Assembly (NCBI GenBank): GCA_021432655.1
Contig: MU271190.1
Span: 15,866 to 79,865 of the forward strand
Length of the DNA: 64,000 nt
From: Atractiella rhizophila
Lineage: Eukaryota
Direction: 5' to 3'
The notes below the pieces were generated by a model, which was given only the letters and a program-made list of their open reading frames with translations, was not told the DNA's origin and did no database searches. Positions 51,470 to 64,000 of the stretch are shown here, piece by piece; the stretch's first letter is position 1, and the number at the start of each line of letters is the position of its first letter. Both the position numbers and the translations under genes were made by a program.

Positions 51470-52440
51470 AGGTTCTCCCCTATGCCCCCATTCGAGAGCC
51501 AGGAATGGCTCCCCGCCTTACCCAATAGCTGTTCGATTTCTTGGACAGTCCAGCCACAACGAATGATATCCTTGTTCCCGGAGCTGTCGACGACCTGACG
51601 GAGACGTTTCTGATCCACACGCACCGCATGCATCAGGACGCGATCCGATTCGAGGACGAGGTTTTGGGCTGCTACAGCAGACATCAAGAAGCTAGAAGCT
51701 TGCGACGGTTTACGTGAGCGTTCCTACTGGGATGGGAGAGTGAAAGATCCTCAGAGCCGTTTTATTGTTCTCAAGGGTATGTTTTTCCAATTCTGAATCG
51801 GCTGACGAGGGGATAGCTTCAGTTTAACTTGGACAATTTTGCCCTCAAAGGGTATGATCCGTCTCTCACACATTTGATTTTTTCCCACAGCGAGTCGCGA
51901 GCTTCACCTCTGCCTTCACTGAAGAACGAACCACACATTTGTCTCAATCAGGAATTCGATTTTGAAGTGTTGCACAGTGGTATAAGCGGTGTTTGGGTCT
52001 TTGAGGACATCTGCCCTGTACCACCTTCTCAGTCATCGCAGAGAGGTTTGACGAGCTTCAAAGAGCCCATGTTTCATGAATTATCAGTCCATCGCTACCT
52101 CGCTCCGGATTGCCGGCCCTGGGTTCCTAAAGCGTACGGCGTCTGGCAACTAGGGAAAGAGCATTGGATGCACTTTCTAAGTCTGGCAGGCTGTGGAAGA
52201 TTTCTCGGCAGCGACAAGTGCGTTTCTTTGTATAATGCTTGTATAGATTGCTCCATTAATGCTGTACTATAGAATGAAACTTTAGAAGGCATTGTCACTT
52301 TGCCTAGCGCTGGCGTTGCGATGGTCTTTCGGGGTCATGCATTTCCATATGGCTGAAATTAGGCATAATTTCGCAGGACTGGAAGCGTGTTCAGAGTTGG
52401 AGACTTTCATGTGGGAGCTTTATCCAAGAGGGGATTGATC
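51470..52440 (+). pseudogene. Diverged MSRSQ-family paralogue followed by a kinase-like remnant
   Basis: VLPYAPIREPGMAPRLTQ*LFDFLDSPATTNDILVPGAVDDL matches the family. HELSVHRYLAPDCRPWVPKAYGVWQ and ...GSVFRVGDF resemble fungal atypical kinase subdomains. Confidence 0.6.
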
Positions 52441-52479
52441 GCGACAGAAAAGATTCGTTCAGGTCTGAGTCTCTGTCAT

Positions 52480-54973
52480 GTTGTCATGTATCTGTCATCC
52501 TCTTCTCCTTTGTCATTTCATATCACATAACTGATTTCCCAAAATATTCATTCATTGTGATTGCATTGAAATCATTTTAGATTTTAAGAGAATGCAACAT
52601 ATTACTGTATTTGAAGACAAGACGACGCTGGACCGGAAAAAATGACGCTAACGCTTCTGAGGAGCCAACGCAAGAATGAGCGAGGGTGAGGGCCAAAAGG
52701 AGCTAGAAGCGTCCAGTTATGGGTCGAAAGCGGCGGGGCAATCTTTAATCTCTGTGAGAGGTGACGAAGAAGACGGCTGCACTGCTGAAGGAAAGCAAGG
52801 TGGACAAAGATAATATCCGGAACCGAAAGCTTGGAGCAACTCCCGAGATCACGACAATAATGCATTTGACTCCTCACCCAAGTCCTCAGCTAAACCTCCT
52901 GGTGCGTCATACTGATCAGGGGATTGTCTGTTGTATCCTATGCTAAAAGATATGCAGGAAGAAAGGTTCTAATCTCCCGTTCAGCATGTCGCGAAGCCAA
53001 ATTTTGAGGCTCAAACAGTTTCTTCAGGATACCCGCTTCCCTGTCCCCAAGATTACCCGCGTCCACAGAAGCAGTCACAAATCACCCCACACCTCAAGGC
53101 TGGTTACGCCACATATTCTTCCATATGCCGCGATTCGAGAGCCCGACATGGGTCCTCGTCTCACTCAACAGTTGTTTAATTTTTTAGACAGCCCAAGTGT
53201 GACGGATGATATTCTCGTTTCTGGGGCTGTCGACAATCTTGCCTCGAAGTTTATGATCCACACGGAGGACATGCACCAGCTTGAGATCTGTATTGCCGAG
53301 GATGCTTTGACCTGCTTCGGTGCTCGGGTGTTGCCGGTTTTAAAAGACCTTTACAAGACCTTCAAAGGTCATGCCGACTCGCCTCTGCTTCTCCAACAGC
53401 AAAGGAATCTTGAGTTGTATCCAGATCATGGCATCTCATGGCGAAACAAGTCTCTAGTTACGATGGATGAGAGAATCCCGTCCATGTCCCATAAATTTCA
53501 AGCGCGTATGCACGAGTATATCAAAGGGGATACCCCGACAGTATTCGATTTTAGCAAGAAGTCCCGAGGGCGTCGGTCAACCATCAACAAGGTGCGTGAT
53601 GTATGGATGTGACTTCTGCTTACACCGCTTATCCTTCCGTTAGTTCTCTTGGGTATTTGCCAGCACGACGGCCAGATATGGATTCATACACGACATGTTC
53701 AATGCCAACTTGTCCGAGAAATTTTCCATTCAAGGGAAGACCTGCTTGATTTTCTCTGCTTCGCTCGCCCTAAACTCCGAGTGCTACCTTCCATCCATGC
53801 TGTGGATGTTGTTGGCTCAATCTCCCAACCTACAACATCTCATCTCCCCTTTCGACCATCAATCCATCGCCATCGACAAATTCAAGAGCCTCCTTCCGAT
53901 GGGTCCACTTCAGACGGAGCAGCAACTCGGCAACGGCAGCGCGGTCTGCTGTCCAGCAGGACATCTGTGTGTTGACAGCTCCACCAAAGCTTCTCCTATG
54001 GAATGAAGGAAAAGGCTATCACAGGTGTTCCGAAGTGTGGAGGAGCTGGCAGCTTTAGAATAGGAGCATGGTGACCTAAGTGATGGCTTTTCAGTCGAGC
54101 AATTCTCGAACTACCAACCAATGGGCAACCCATGTGCATGTGTGGTTAATGATTCAACTAATTGTTGAGCCAGAATCTTTGTACGTGTCATGTATCAGTC
54201 ATCCTCTTCTCTGCTATCATGTGGCATCTAACAAATGTCCAAGTTTCATTTCACCAATATTCTTTATTGTGATTACATTGAAATCGTTTTAACACAATGC
54301 AATATATTATTGATGACAACACGACAGTGGACTTTGAAATGTGCTAGCAGCTTCTGGCGAGCAACGCAAGGGTGGACGACGGTTGAGCTCCAGAGGAGAG
54401 CGAGGGAAAGTTAAGGAGACAGCAGTGGGTGAAAGGAGCGTTCTTTAACTACATTTATTCCTCATCGGCATCCGACATGCCTCTCGCCCTCCGCCACCTC
54501 TACAATGTCCTTGTCCGAACAAAGACAGAGAGGGAGGCAGAACACACATGGTAGACGACCTGGTACAGCGGTCTGCCAGAGGTGATGGAGGCGGCAGCTG
54601 TAGACGAGGTGGGCAGGGCTAACCGATGTCGTCTTTCCGTGCTGCTGCATTCGTTCGGCATCCCCTATCGATCTCCCTCCATCCTCCTCACTAGCTGCAG
54701 ATTGGTATGGGATAAGAGAAGGCGGTAAGCTGAGAGAGAAACGTGCGCGGGTGAGGGCTGGTAAGTGGCGGCGGAGCGAGGGGAACGGTGACGACTGTGG
54801 CGACAGATATGATGAGGATGGCGCACCCGAGTGCTCGAAAGGGGCTGTAAAAGAGGGCAGAGGGATTAAGAGGTAATGGAGTGCGACGCCTTGTTTACTC
54901 CCGCTCTCTCGTGTGCTCTCTCGCCGTCAGAGGTGTCTGTCATCCGCTGATGACGCGAGATGACAGTGTGGAT
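52480..54973 (+). repeat. Copy 2 of the inverted duplication (partner 11083-13863)
   Basis: Reverse-complement match. Includes ~200-bp diverged direct repeats at 52480-52688 and ~54180-54406. Confidence 0.92.
52986..54006 (+). CDS. MSRSQ-family protein, putative PD-(D/E)xK-like nuclease (2 exons; possibly truncated)
   Basis: Intron 53592-53643 (GTGCGT..TAG) joins ..STINK to FSWVFASTTARYGFIHDMF.. in frame. YPDHGISW...LVTMDER..P..YGF pattern and a CCPAGHLC cluster. Confidence 0.55.
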
Positions 54974-55760
54974 GAGAGCGTTGACAGAGGTCGAGTGCTA
55001 TAGGAGTGCGTAGAGAGGACGAAGGAGTGGGAGAGCTGAGGGATCTCCCAACGCTGTAACTCACTTCCCAACAACATGTGCGGTCGCGCCATCCCAGTTG
55101 ACACACATTAAGTTGTTCATATCTGCGTCAGCTTGCTTTTTCGCCTTGCCTCCTCCGTGCCTCCACTTTTGAGCAGGTCCCCGTTTCCTTAAATCCTCCC
55201 TCGGGGTTGTGCAGTGTGCTTGGTGGCTTTCTGCCTTACATCAGCCTCGTTCGCGGTGTGCCTAGAACCGCCTCATCCCTCCCAACACTTGCGCCGCTCC
55301 TCCCATAGGCAAGGCCGGAACAGAGCAAACATCAAAGCAGCCATTTTAGTTTACGAGTTTTGTCTCTTCTAGCCTCGTTCGAAAATTTCATTTCACCTTT
55401 TCAACACACGAGTAGAAAAGTCGGCATCGACGCCAGAGTAGCCCAGAGTAGCGTGTTTGGACGGAAACAAACGTTTACATGACCGCCTTCCGATAACTCT
55501 TGATGGGCTCGCGAATAGAGACCCATAAACCGTTACCTTCTTAGTCACCTGCCTACCTCCCAACCCGCGTTGAGATTTGCTTGATTGTGGGGGTTGAGAA
55601 TGACCACGAGCAACTGAGAGAAAGGCACTGATTTGGTACGTAACTCAAACAAAAAAGGGTTTGTAGTCTTTACGGCGATTCTCATAACCAGGAAACGCTG
55701 CTTCATAACCTTGCCTCTCAGTCGCATCACCGTCTTGTTCTTTACTACATACATAGAAGC

Positions 55761-56637
55761 ATGGAGACCCCTACCGTCAGGCCTCAACCACAACCTCCAA
55801 CCCGACGAAGATACGTAGTTCCCACCCGCGTAATTTTCTATCGACCCGAACCTCTTCAAAAACTCATTTCTTTGCCTAAGTTGGATCCTCTGCCAGGAAC
55901 CTTGGACTTCGGGATTAGTCACAAATTCGCACTGGATGTCTGCAGGATCCTAGCAAACGACTTCGGGGGACACCTAAAGAAACGAGGAAGCGACGAGCAA
56001 ATTGGCGCCACCGTGGTAACCCTGGATGGATCCGAATACTTCTACTACTCAGAAGGACTTCGGAATTACAAAATCATAACCCACTTTCGGGCATGGACGC
56101 CACCTCCTGATCCACCAGCGCATTGGAAAGATGCTTTGGAGGCGTCATGGCCACCACCCATCGAGAGACCACCGCTTCGGACCAATGTCCCTGCAGCCGG
56201 GATGGCAGAGGCGGTAAAAGCAGACGGGAAGTGTGTCGTTTCTTCATGGCGTACGTTCTCCTCCTGCTGATGTAACTATGGCTTATTGGGTTATAGCGGC
56301 TAATTCTGCTTTGCAAAACGCTCACTTGGTGCCCACTTGGGAGGAGCACTGGTTCAAATACCATGCGCAGGAAGAACGCAATGCGAACAATGTGGCGGCA
56401 GGGATCGACGACTTATCAAATGGACTTGCGATGCGAGCCGACGTTCACACTCTGATGGATGCGAACGTATACGTTCTAGCACCTGTCTATGGACAGATAG
56501 TCTCATACTTCCTCGTCTGGGATGAAACATATGTCTCAGACTATCACTTGTGTCAGATTGGTCTTCCGACTCGTACCTCTGTCCATCATCTGTATTCTCG
56601 TTTCGCATATTCTGTCATCCAGAACTCCCGAATTTAA
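55761..56637 (+). CDS. Fungal HNH endonuclease (HNH_2-type); 3' part may continue to 57186 via frameshift or intron
   Basis: Intron 56251-56296. KCVVS..LQNAHLVP...IDDLSNGLAMRADVHTLMD, LYSRFAY. Confidence 0.85.
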
Positions 56638-59600
56638 CCTGACGCGCGAAATACTTTCCCAATTCCCGCAACCTTTGCGGTCAAAATTTCGTCTGAGGAG
56701 AGCAGGGAGATAACATCTCATTGTTCAGAAAGTGCCCTTGAGGAGCACGAAGGCATGTCCTTCCATTTCTTGGGAAAGTTAGTAGCTGATTCCTTCTTCG
56801 TATAGGCGCGGGAGATGAAGCTCCAGATGTTCACCTTCGTAAGTTGTTTAGCCTCCTGCCCATACAGCTGATTACATTAAGAAACTACTGGTCGGTTCAC
56901 AAAGACAGAGAAGAAGCAGATTCTCCGCGATCGTTGGGTTGACAGGCATCCCGAAATAAGAGTTGTTGTGGGTATGACCGAAGAGAACGATGGGGAAAGA
57001 GGAGACGAGATGAAGGAGAAGAAGAAACAGTCTCAAGAGCAAAACGAGGAGGTGACGGATCTGAAGCAGAAAGTGAAAGGAGGGAAGACGGCAGGCCAAG
57101 CATCCGACGCTGGTTTCAGCCAGGACGACAGAAGCGAAGACGCTCCCGAAGACAGAGTCAAGAGATGGCGATCCAGGATAACTTAGCGGAAATTGCCCAT
57201 GTATCACGGTTATTCACAAACTCGAGATTACTCAACCCTTCGCACCTTGGCGTTCCCATTCCGCCAATGCAATTCACCTTAGTTCAGGGTCTGTAACCCG
57301 TCTCTCTCCTTACTCGAAGCATGCCCTGGCAACCCCAACTGTATTTATCAAGAGAAAGAGAGGCAGGAGTCGTGGCAAACTAGTCACTCCAAGTATGCGT
57401 CAGTGGCTGAAGGCTGCGTTCAAAATGGTTTGCTCCTCAGTTTGCAAAGGGGTTTTCGCCGGCGGCACTGGTCTGCTCCTTTCTGCTCCTTGAACTCCAT
57501 TCACTTCCAGTTGAAAACGAAAGCGAAGATTGCCAATGTCCATTACTCATTCCAAATCGAAAGCTCTGAACAGCTCTTAAAAGGTTGACTCTTGCTGAAG
57601 AGCTTCCATCGGTCTCCGATCTTTTCAAGCATCCCTTTTATAATCTAACAGGAAGGGAAAGCGGTTATAAGTAGATTGCAATAATTTTTAACCTTCGAGC
57701 GCTCGAGCGGATTGACTGTGCTCAATCTGGTCACCTCCTGTACTTTGAGCCTCAAAGTCAAACTAGCCCAGTCCAAAGCAAGTCTCTTATTGCCTTCGTC
57801 CTCTTCAGACGGGATACAATATGTCGCCTCATTCTTGATCATTTTGAGACTGTCACTGGTGCCGACAAGGATAATCTTCAAAGCTTTCTTCTATCCATTC
57901 TGCCACACCGAACAGTCAGCTCATTGGCGATCAGTCAGCTAGGATATCAGTCTCCAATCATTGACTACAACGTCACGAAATTCACTTCCATTCGGATAGG
58001 AAGACTCAGACGAAACCTGCAGAAAGCGATACCATTGCACAGCTCATTTCCTCACACGGACTGCTACCTTTTCGCGGAAGAGAGTGGTAAAACAATTCGA
58101 CTGCCATCCGATTTCCGTCCGGCTTTTCGCTGTCCAATTAACAAGACTGTCAATCGCTGAAAGCGCTTTTTCAATGGAAGAAGCTACGGACCCAGATTCT
58201 GAAACAGACGCAAAATGGTACAGTTACTTTCACTCCAATCCCCTTCTCTCAATGACAGTAGGCAACGTTGTCAGTGTGCGCTCGTGCTGCTCTGTCCGGT
58301 GTCAGATGGGTCTGCGTTACAATCACCTTAATCAGATTGTGAATGACGAAAAAGAAGAGCTTGATGGTCAGAACCGTCTTTTGCAAGTTGGCCTGGTAAA
58401 AGAGCGGTTGGACTGAAAACCAGACGGCCTCAACTCCGTATGCTTCCTCCCATTCGAGATTTCATCAATTCCAAGTTGGATACTAGTCACGGTCATGGTT
58501 GAATCTGTCTGCGTGCCACCTTCAAAACTTCACGAAGTTGAGGCTCAGATTACAGTCGTGGGACTTTGACGTGTTTTAACGTTCTCCAAGTCAACGGGAG
58601 TGTTCGACAATTACTCCGGCAGCCGGTCGTTGCTGCTGGTGAGGTCATAAAATGCTCCGGCAAGATTATAAGGCATGCACCTTTTGCCATCGTTGATGAA
58701 TCTGCCAATTTGACGGAACTGAAGCGTCGGGCTTTCACTACCTTTGACGACTGCAAAAATAGAGGCCTGGAATTTATTTGAAAGCTGCAATTTTCCTAGC
58801 GAACATTTATTCCTTATCTGAAGACTTTCTCCTCGCAGCGTGTTATGTAAGTTAGAAATCGCACCGAATAATGAAGATAATGTTTGCAGTGGTTGATATC
58901 ATCTGCTCTTGCCCTTCCATTCATTCCGTTGGTGGAGAAAGGGAGAGCTGGTCAGGTGGCTGGAGGGAGGGATGGAGTACTTGGATGTGACTGAGCGAAA
59001 GGGAGAGTTCGATTGTCGGAGTGAAGAGGGAGAGAGAGAGGCTGATCGATTGATTGCGCCGTCCGCAGAGGAGATTTCGAGTTTCGCTGTGGCGTTGGTG
59101 GTGATGGCGATAGTGATGACTGGGTCGACGTTGAGGCTTAAGAGGGAGTTCTGGAGTGGACATGGAGTGACCACTGGATTAGCTGTGACGAGTAGTAGGA
59201 TCTTGAGCAGCGCCTCCTCCATCTCTGACATTCGAACTGACGATTGGATGCGAATATACTAGTGAGACTGTTCGATAGAGCGAAGGAAGTGGGAGGAAAC
59301 GGTTTCGAGAGGTCCCAGCATACCGCTTTCCACTCTTTCAGTGAGCAGCCATGAGAGAAGGGGTTCTTGTAACTCGACTAAATCATGAACAATGAAAAAT
59401 GAAGTTCCTCCCACTGACTCCAAAGCTAAAGCATAAAGCGTAAACAGGACTTAAAGTCATCCTTCCCAGCCAATGCATATTAGATCACATGTCTATCAGC
59501 ATACCAATTTAGCCAGATGGCATCACTGGAAGTCTGGAACTCTCCTGCTCATTAGGCTTATCACTCTGGCTCTTGTAAGCCTGAGCCCGTCGGAGCATCT

Positions 59601-60388
59601 TGGGGATGTGGGATAGAGTATTGAATAATGAATGGACAAGCGCCTTCTGGAACCCATCCTTGTCTCCATCAATCGACGAACACTCTGATCTCTCACGCTG
59701 TCAAGGTGAGCGAGATATTGAACTATTCGTCGGTTTTGCGCGTTGAGTGCCAAGTGCCAGCAGTTGGTTGTTACTGTACGATCAGAGAAAGTCTCGGGGT
59801 GGGAGGGTACGTGTGAGTCTCAATTATTAACTTAGCATTGTTGAACACGAGATGAGAGACGAGTGGAGTTGGTGGGATAAATTTTATGTTCTCCCTCATC
59901 AATTCGATATTGTGCAGCCTTCTATCTCCAGCCTTCTCTCCATTGGCTTAAGGTCAAGCACGACTTCGACTTGTCATCCACAATCGCAATTCTTCAGAGG
60001 ACACTTCCGCTCCTTCAACAAGAGATGTTCAGTGCCGGATGGTCCATAGTGCCATCGTTCTTTTCTTAGCATTCGTTCCTCCTTGCAATTTGACAAATTG
60101 TCCAAGTTGCCCTAAGCTTCCCTCCTCTCCTCTTCTCATCCTCACACCTTCACCTTCGTTTGATTTTCTTTCATGCATTCGTACGTACAGATCGTTGGAT
60201 CGGAATGCTCCTCTGATGTATTCCTTGTTTCTTCTTCTTCTTCTTCACATTCAGTTTCAAGTATCCTTTCGCTGCTCTCCCTCCACGTAGCTCTAGTCCA
60301 GATCTGACATGCATTTCCTCAGTTTCGACTCACGTTTTACAAGGAGTTCTGGGTCAATCGTCATCGATTCCATCTCGTGCTCTAGGCG

Positions 60389-63300
60389 ATGGACGCCTCA
60401 GCCTTGGGGAAGGCGCCTAAGCCTTCTTCATCAAATGCTAGCGACCATGAAGAACCAGGGAATTTGTCAGACGACGACCACGCATTCAGCGCCCATTCGC
60501 GAGAAGATTCTCGTTCTAATGAAGGCATCGGAGTTCAAAATCATTCAGTATTGCAGCTGTACTCTCAACCTAGCCGTTTCCTCAGCGCCAAACAGACAAT
60601 TTTTGGTCCACAATTTCGCTTCCTATCGCGGACCGCATTGCCTCTTGCCTCCAGAGCCGCTATAACACCTTTCTCATCCCTCAGCCCCTCCCAAGCTCAA
60701 ACCATGAAGATTTTCAAAGTCCCCAGGAATGTCAAGAAGACGAACGACCAAGGCGTCCGAATCCTTGCTATTGACAACGGCGGCATCTGTACATTTTCCA
60801 CGCTTTACATGCTCGAAGTCGTCATGTTCCATGTTGGAGAACTCCTCGGCGTTCCAGAAGGAGAAGAGATTCGACCCTGCGATGTTTTCGATCTCATATG
60901 TGGCACTTCTACAGGAGGATGGATCGCCCTCATGCTCGGACGATTGGGAATGACTGTTCGAGAATGCATCGGTGCATACGAACAGATCGTGCAGCACGTC
61001 TTTTCAGAAAGAAACTCCAATCTCGAAAGAAGGTTATGTGTACTCTGCAGAGAGGCTCGAAGCCGTCGTCTTCGACATCATTGCTCGACATGCTCCGTCA
61101 TCCGGACCGTCATCCCATCTTCCTATGAAAGATGACAAGATCGGAGATCGATGCAGAACTTTCGTCGTCTCCAGGTACGAATCAGACGTCGCCGTTTCTA
61201 CAGATATGCGCACATACGACGTCCGCCATGCAGCTCGATTTGCTGCTCCCTGTGCGGTATGGGAGGCAGCCAGAGCAACGTCCTCTGATCCTGACTTCTT
61301 CCCTCCTATCGTCATCGACAAAACGAAATACGTCACTGTGGGAAACAATAACCCAGCAGCATTAGCGATTGAGGAGTCAAAGAGGATTTGGGGAGAAAGA
61401 AGCCAAGTTGCCTGTCTCCTATCTTTGGGGTCAGGGCTCGCTCAGGCTGTCCCATTGGGTCACACGACATCTGAGATTGAGCGGGCTGTGAAGGCTATCG
61501 TCGAGGATTGCTCCCGCGTGTCGGATCAGTTGAAGATGAAGATGCAGGATCGCTGTCTAGGGCATCGCTATCACCGCTTCTCAGTCCACACGATGGGAGA
61601 CGTCAAGTGGGAGGAGTGGGAGCGAACAAAGGACGTCGTGGGTCGGACAAAAGCCTATATGGAAGCAATGGGTCACGAAGCTTATAATGCTGCTGAATAT
61701 CTCGTGCAGGGTATGTTCTCTTACCTCTTGCGTAGCTACTGTGTTGATGTTCTTGTAGTGTTTAGTGATCGGGTTGCAGTTCGTCGACGGTCGCCATTAC
61801 CGCCTGCAGGCGCCTGTTTTGGCCGCGAAGATGAGATCCAACGTGCTAGAAAAGCTATACTTGACGGGTGTCACGTTGCGATTGTGGGTGGAGCTGGAAA
61901 CGGCAAATCCACCGTTGCCCTCGACACCATGCACTGTGAAGAGATTGAGCAGTCCTTCACAGATTCAACAGGAAGCACTCGAGAGGATCTCCGCTTCTGG
62001 GTTCGCTGCGACAAGTTTGATTCTTTTGCCAGGCTTGCAGACCACATATGCCACGATGTCTTTGCACTGCCCCAATCTAGCGAACCACTTAAAGTCTTGG
62101 CTGACTACTTCAAACGTCGAAAATGTCTTCTCGTTTTGGACAATTTTGAAACTCCTCTTCGTGCTAACAAGGGCAAGATCCAAAACTTCTTTCGAACTCT
62201 TCTATCGGATAACTCAAAGAAGTCGGACAACTCAAAAGCGTCGGTACTCGTCGTGGCCCATCGGGGAAATCAAGTGGAACGTTTGGATGTGAAGGGGGAC
62301 AAAGCTGTAAAGTTTGTCAAGGTCTCAGTTGGTGCTTTGCCAGAAAATGGTGCACTCACACTCTTCGAAAATTCATATCAGAGGGAAGACGAGTTCTCAC
62401 TACCACTGGTCCAGCGCCTAGTGAAACAGCTAGATTTCCATGCTCTGTCAATCAAGCTATTTGTTCTACGAGCCAACAGGGATTCAACCATGACACTTGA
62501 ACAATTGGCAGACAAGTGGGAGGAAAAAAAGACTGGCATTCTTTGGAACAAACACAGCGAAGACACAATCACGCTTGAAACGTCCATATCATTCTCCCTC
62601 GACTCTCCGGCTCTCAAAGAAGAGGGAGAACGTGGACTCTTTGTGCTTGCTCTGCTGTCATGGGCTCCCGACGGTCTAACCCATGACGATTTGTCAGCCC
62701 TCATTTCCGACTCTTATGAGTCTGAGAACATCTTCCAAGTTATTGATGTAATTTCAACGATTGGGCTTGCTGATGACTTCAAAGACACTCTCCGTATGCT
62801 CGCTCCTATTCGCGAATACCTCAACCACCTTGTGTCTCGTTCCGAATCACCATTTTCGATGACTGTACCTACGTCACTCCTGCCGCTTGTGCACCATCTC
62901 ATGGGAAAAGCTGAGGCAAACATCAAACAGTTCGAGGTCGGCAAGAATCGTGATGCACTGCGTCTCTTCCGTGAACAGTACCCAAATCTTGAACATGTCC
63001 TTCTCACAGGCATGTTGAACCTACCTGATCCTTTATCAATCCTACAGCACTTGGAGAACACATCTGAGTTCCTACGCCTGAAACATCGGCTCTCGACTGC
63101 ACTCTTCCAACAGGCAATGCACATTGTGAACACGTGGCTAGGAACAACATGTTCACCGGATCACAGACAGACCAAATGGTTAGAACTAAAGCGTTCACTG
63201 ACGCAATCTCTTGGTTATTGCTATTTCAGGTTAGGTGAGAACCAGAATGCGCGGATAAAATTCAAGGAGGCGAAGGAGCTCTACATAGTTGTGGCAGATC

Positions 63301-64000
63301 GACAGGGTCAAGCCAACTGTGTCTTCAACATCGGAGAGATCGATTTTCGATGTGGGCGGAATGAGGATGCTCTGAAGGCATACAAGGAGGCGAAGGAGCT
63401 CTACATAATCGTGGGAGATCGACTGGGACAAGCCCACTGCGCCTTTAACTTTGGGGAGATCAATTTTGGACGTGGGCAGAACGAGGATGCTCTGAAGGCA
63501 TACAAGGAGGCTAGGAAACTCTATGAGGAAGTGGGATATCGACAGGGTGAAGCCAACTGCATCTTCAGCATTGGGAAGATCAATTTTCGATATGGGCGGA
63601 ATGAGGATGCTCTGAAGGCATACAATCAGGCGAAGGAGATCTACATAGTCGTAGGAGATCGACTGGGTCAAGCTAACTGCGCCTTCAATGTGGGGGAGAT
63701 CAATTTTCAATATGAGCAGAACGAGGATGCTCTGAAGGCATACAAGGAGGCGAAGGAGCTCTACATAATTGTGGGAGATCGACTGGGACAAGCCAACTGC
63801 GCCTTTAACTTTGGGGAGATCAATTTTGGACGTGGGCAGAACGAGGATGCTCTGAAGGTGTACAAGGAGGCGAAGGAGCTCTATGTGGAAGTGGGATATC
63901 GACAAGGTGAAGCCAACTGCATCTTCAATATCGGTAGTATCAATTTTCGATGTGGACGGAATGAGAATGCTGTGAAGGCATATAAGGAGGCGAAGGAGCT
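60389..64000 (+). CDS. Fungal NLR: patatin - NB-ARC-like STAND - TPR, with an apparent +1 frameshift at ~61004; runs off the window
   Basis: RILAIDNGG, DLICGTSTGG, WEAARATS, CLLSLGSG; FGREDE, GGAGNGKS (Walker A), CLLVLDNFET (Walker B); 40-aa TPR repeats. In-frame 48-nt intron at 61711-61758. Confidence 0.9.
63230..64000 (+). repeat. 120-bp tandem array encoding highly conserved TPR repeats (>6 units)
   Basis: Units of the type EDALKAYKEAKELY..VGDRLGQANC.FN.GEINF at 120-nt period. Confidence 0.95.

Noticed and set aside
57400..60300. Fragmentary minus-strand ORFs, possibly a decayed gene
   Set aside because: Could not assemble a gene model or identify a domain.

Overview
Eukaryotic fungal DNA with short (~45-70 nt) GT-AG introns and micro-exons, most consistent with a basidiomycete (inference from gene style). 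A conserved core block (~19.9-46.2 kb) holds a TRP/FLC-like channel, poly(A) polymerase, U6 snRNA, a 2OG-Fe(II) dioxygenase, CFIm68/CPSF6-like RRM, haspin, a probable Med18, a mitochondrial carrier, a DCAF5-like WD40, a Zn-alcohol dehydrogenase, TIP41 and CASC3/Btz. Both flanks are accessory regions. They contain a FunK1 kinase, F-box-like paralogues, a hAT MITE, a NUMT, a Helitron fragment, an interstitial telomere fused to a RecQ fragment, Crinkler and HNH genes, a repeated REase(-kinase)-like family in a 2.5-kb inverted duplication, and a patatin-NB-ARC-TPR NLR. The most unusual signal is a small module found four times in three unrelated sequences (3.5, 13.4, 17.5 and 51.3 kb). It consists of a 10-12 bp hairpin ending at or just before an AG|GT donor, followed by a 62-88 nt putative intron whose 3' end is an exact copy of the end of the preceding exon. 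The exon and intron copies co-vary within each element. Two instances sit directly upstream of the nuclease-like family, suggesting an undescribed splicing or RNA-structure switch. All gene calls come from motif recognition by eye; no database searches were run.
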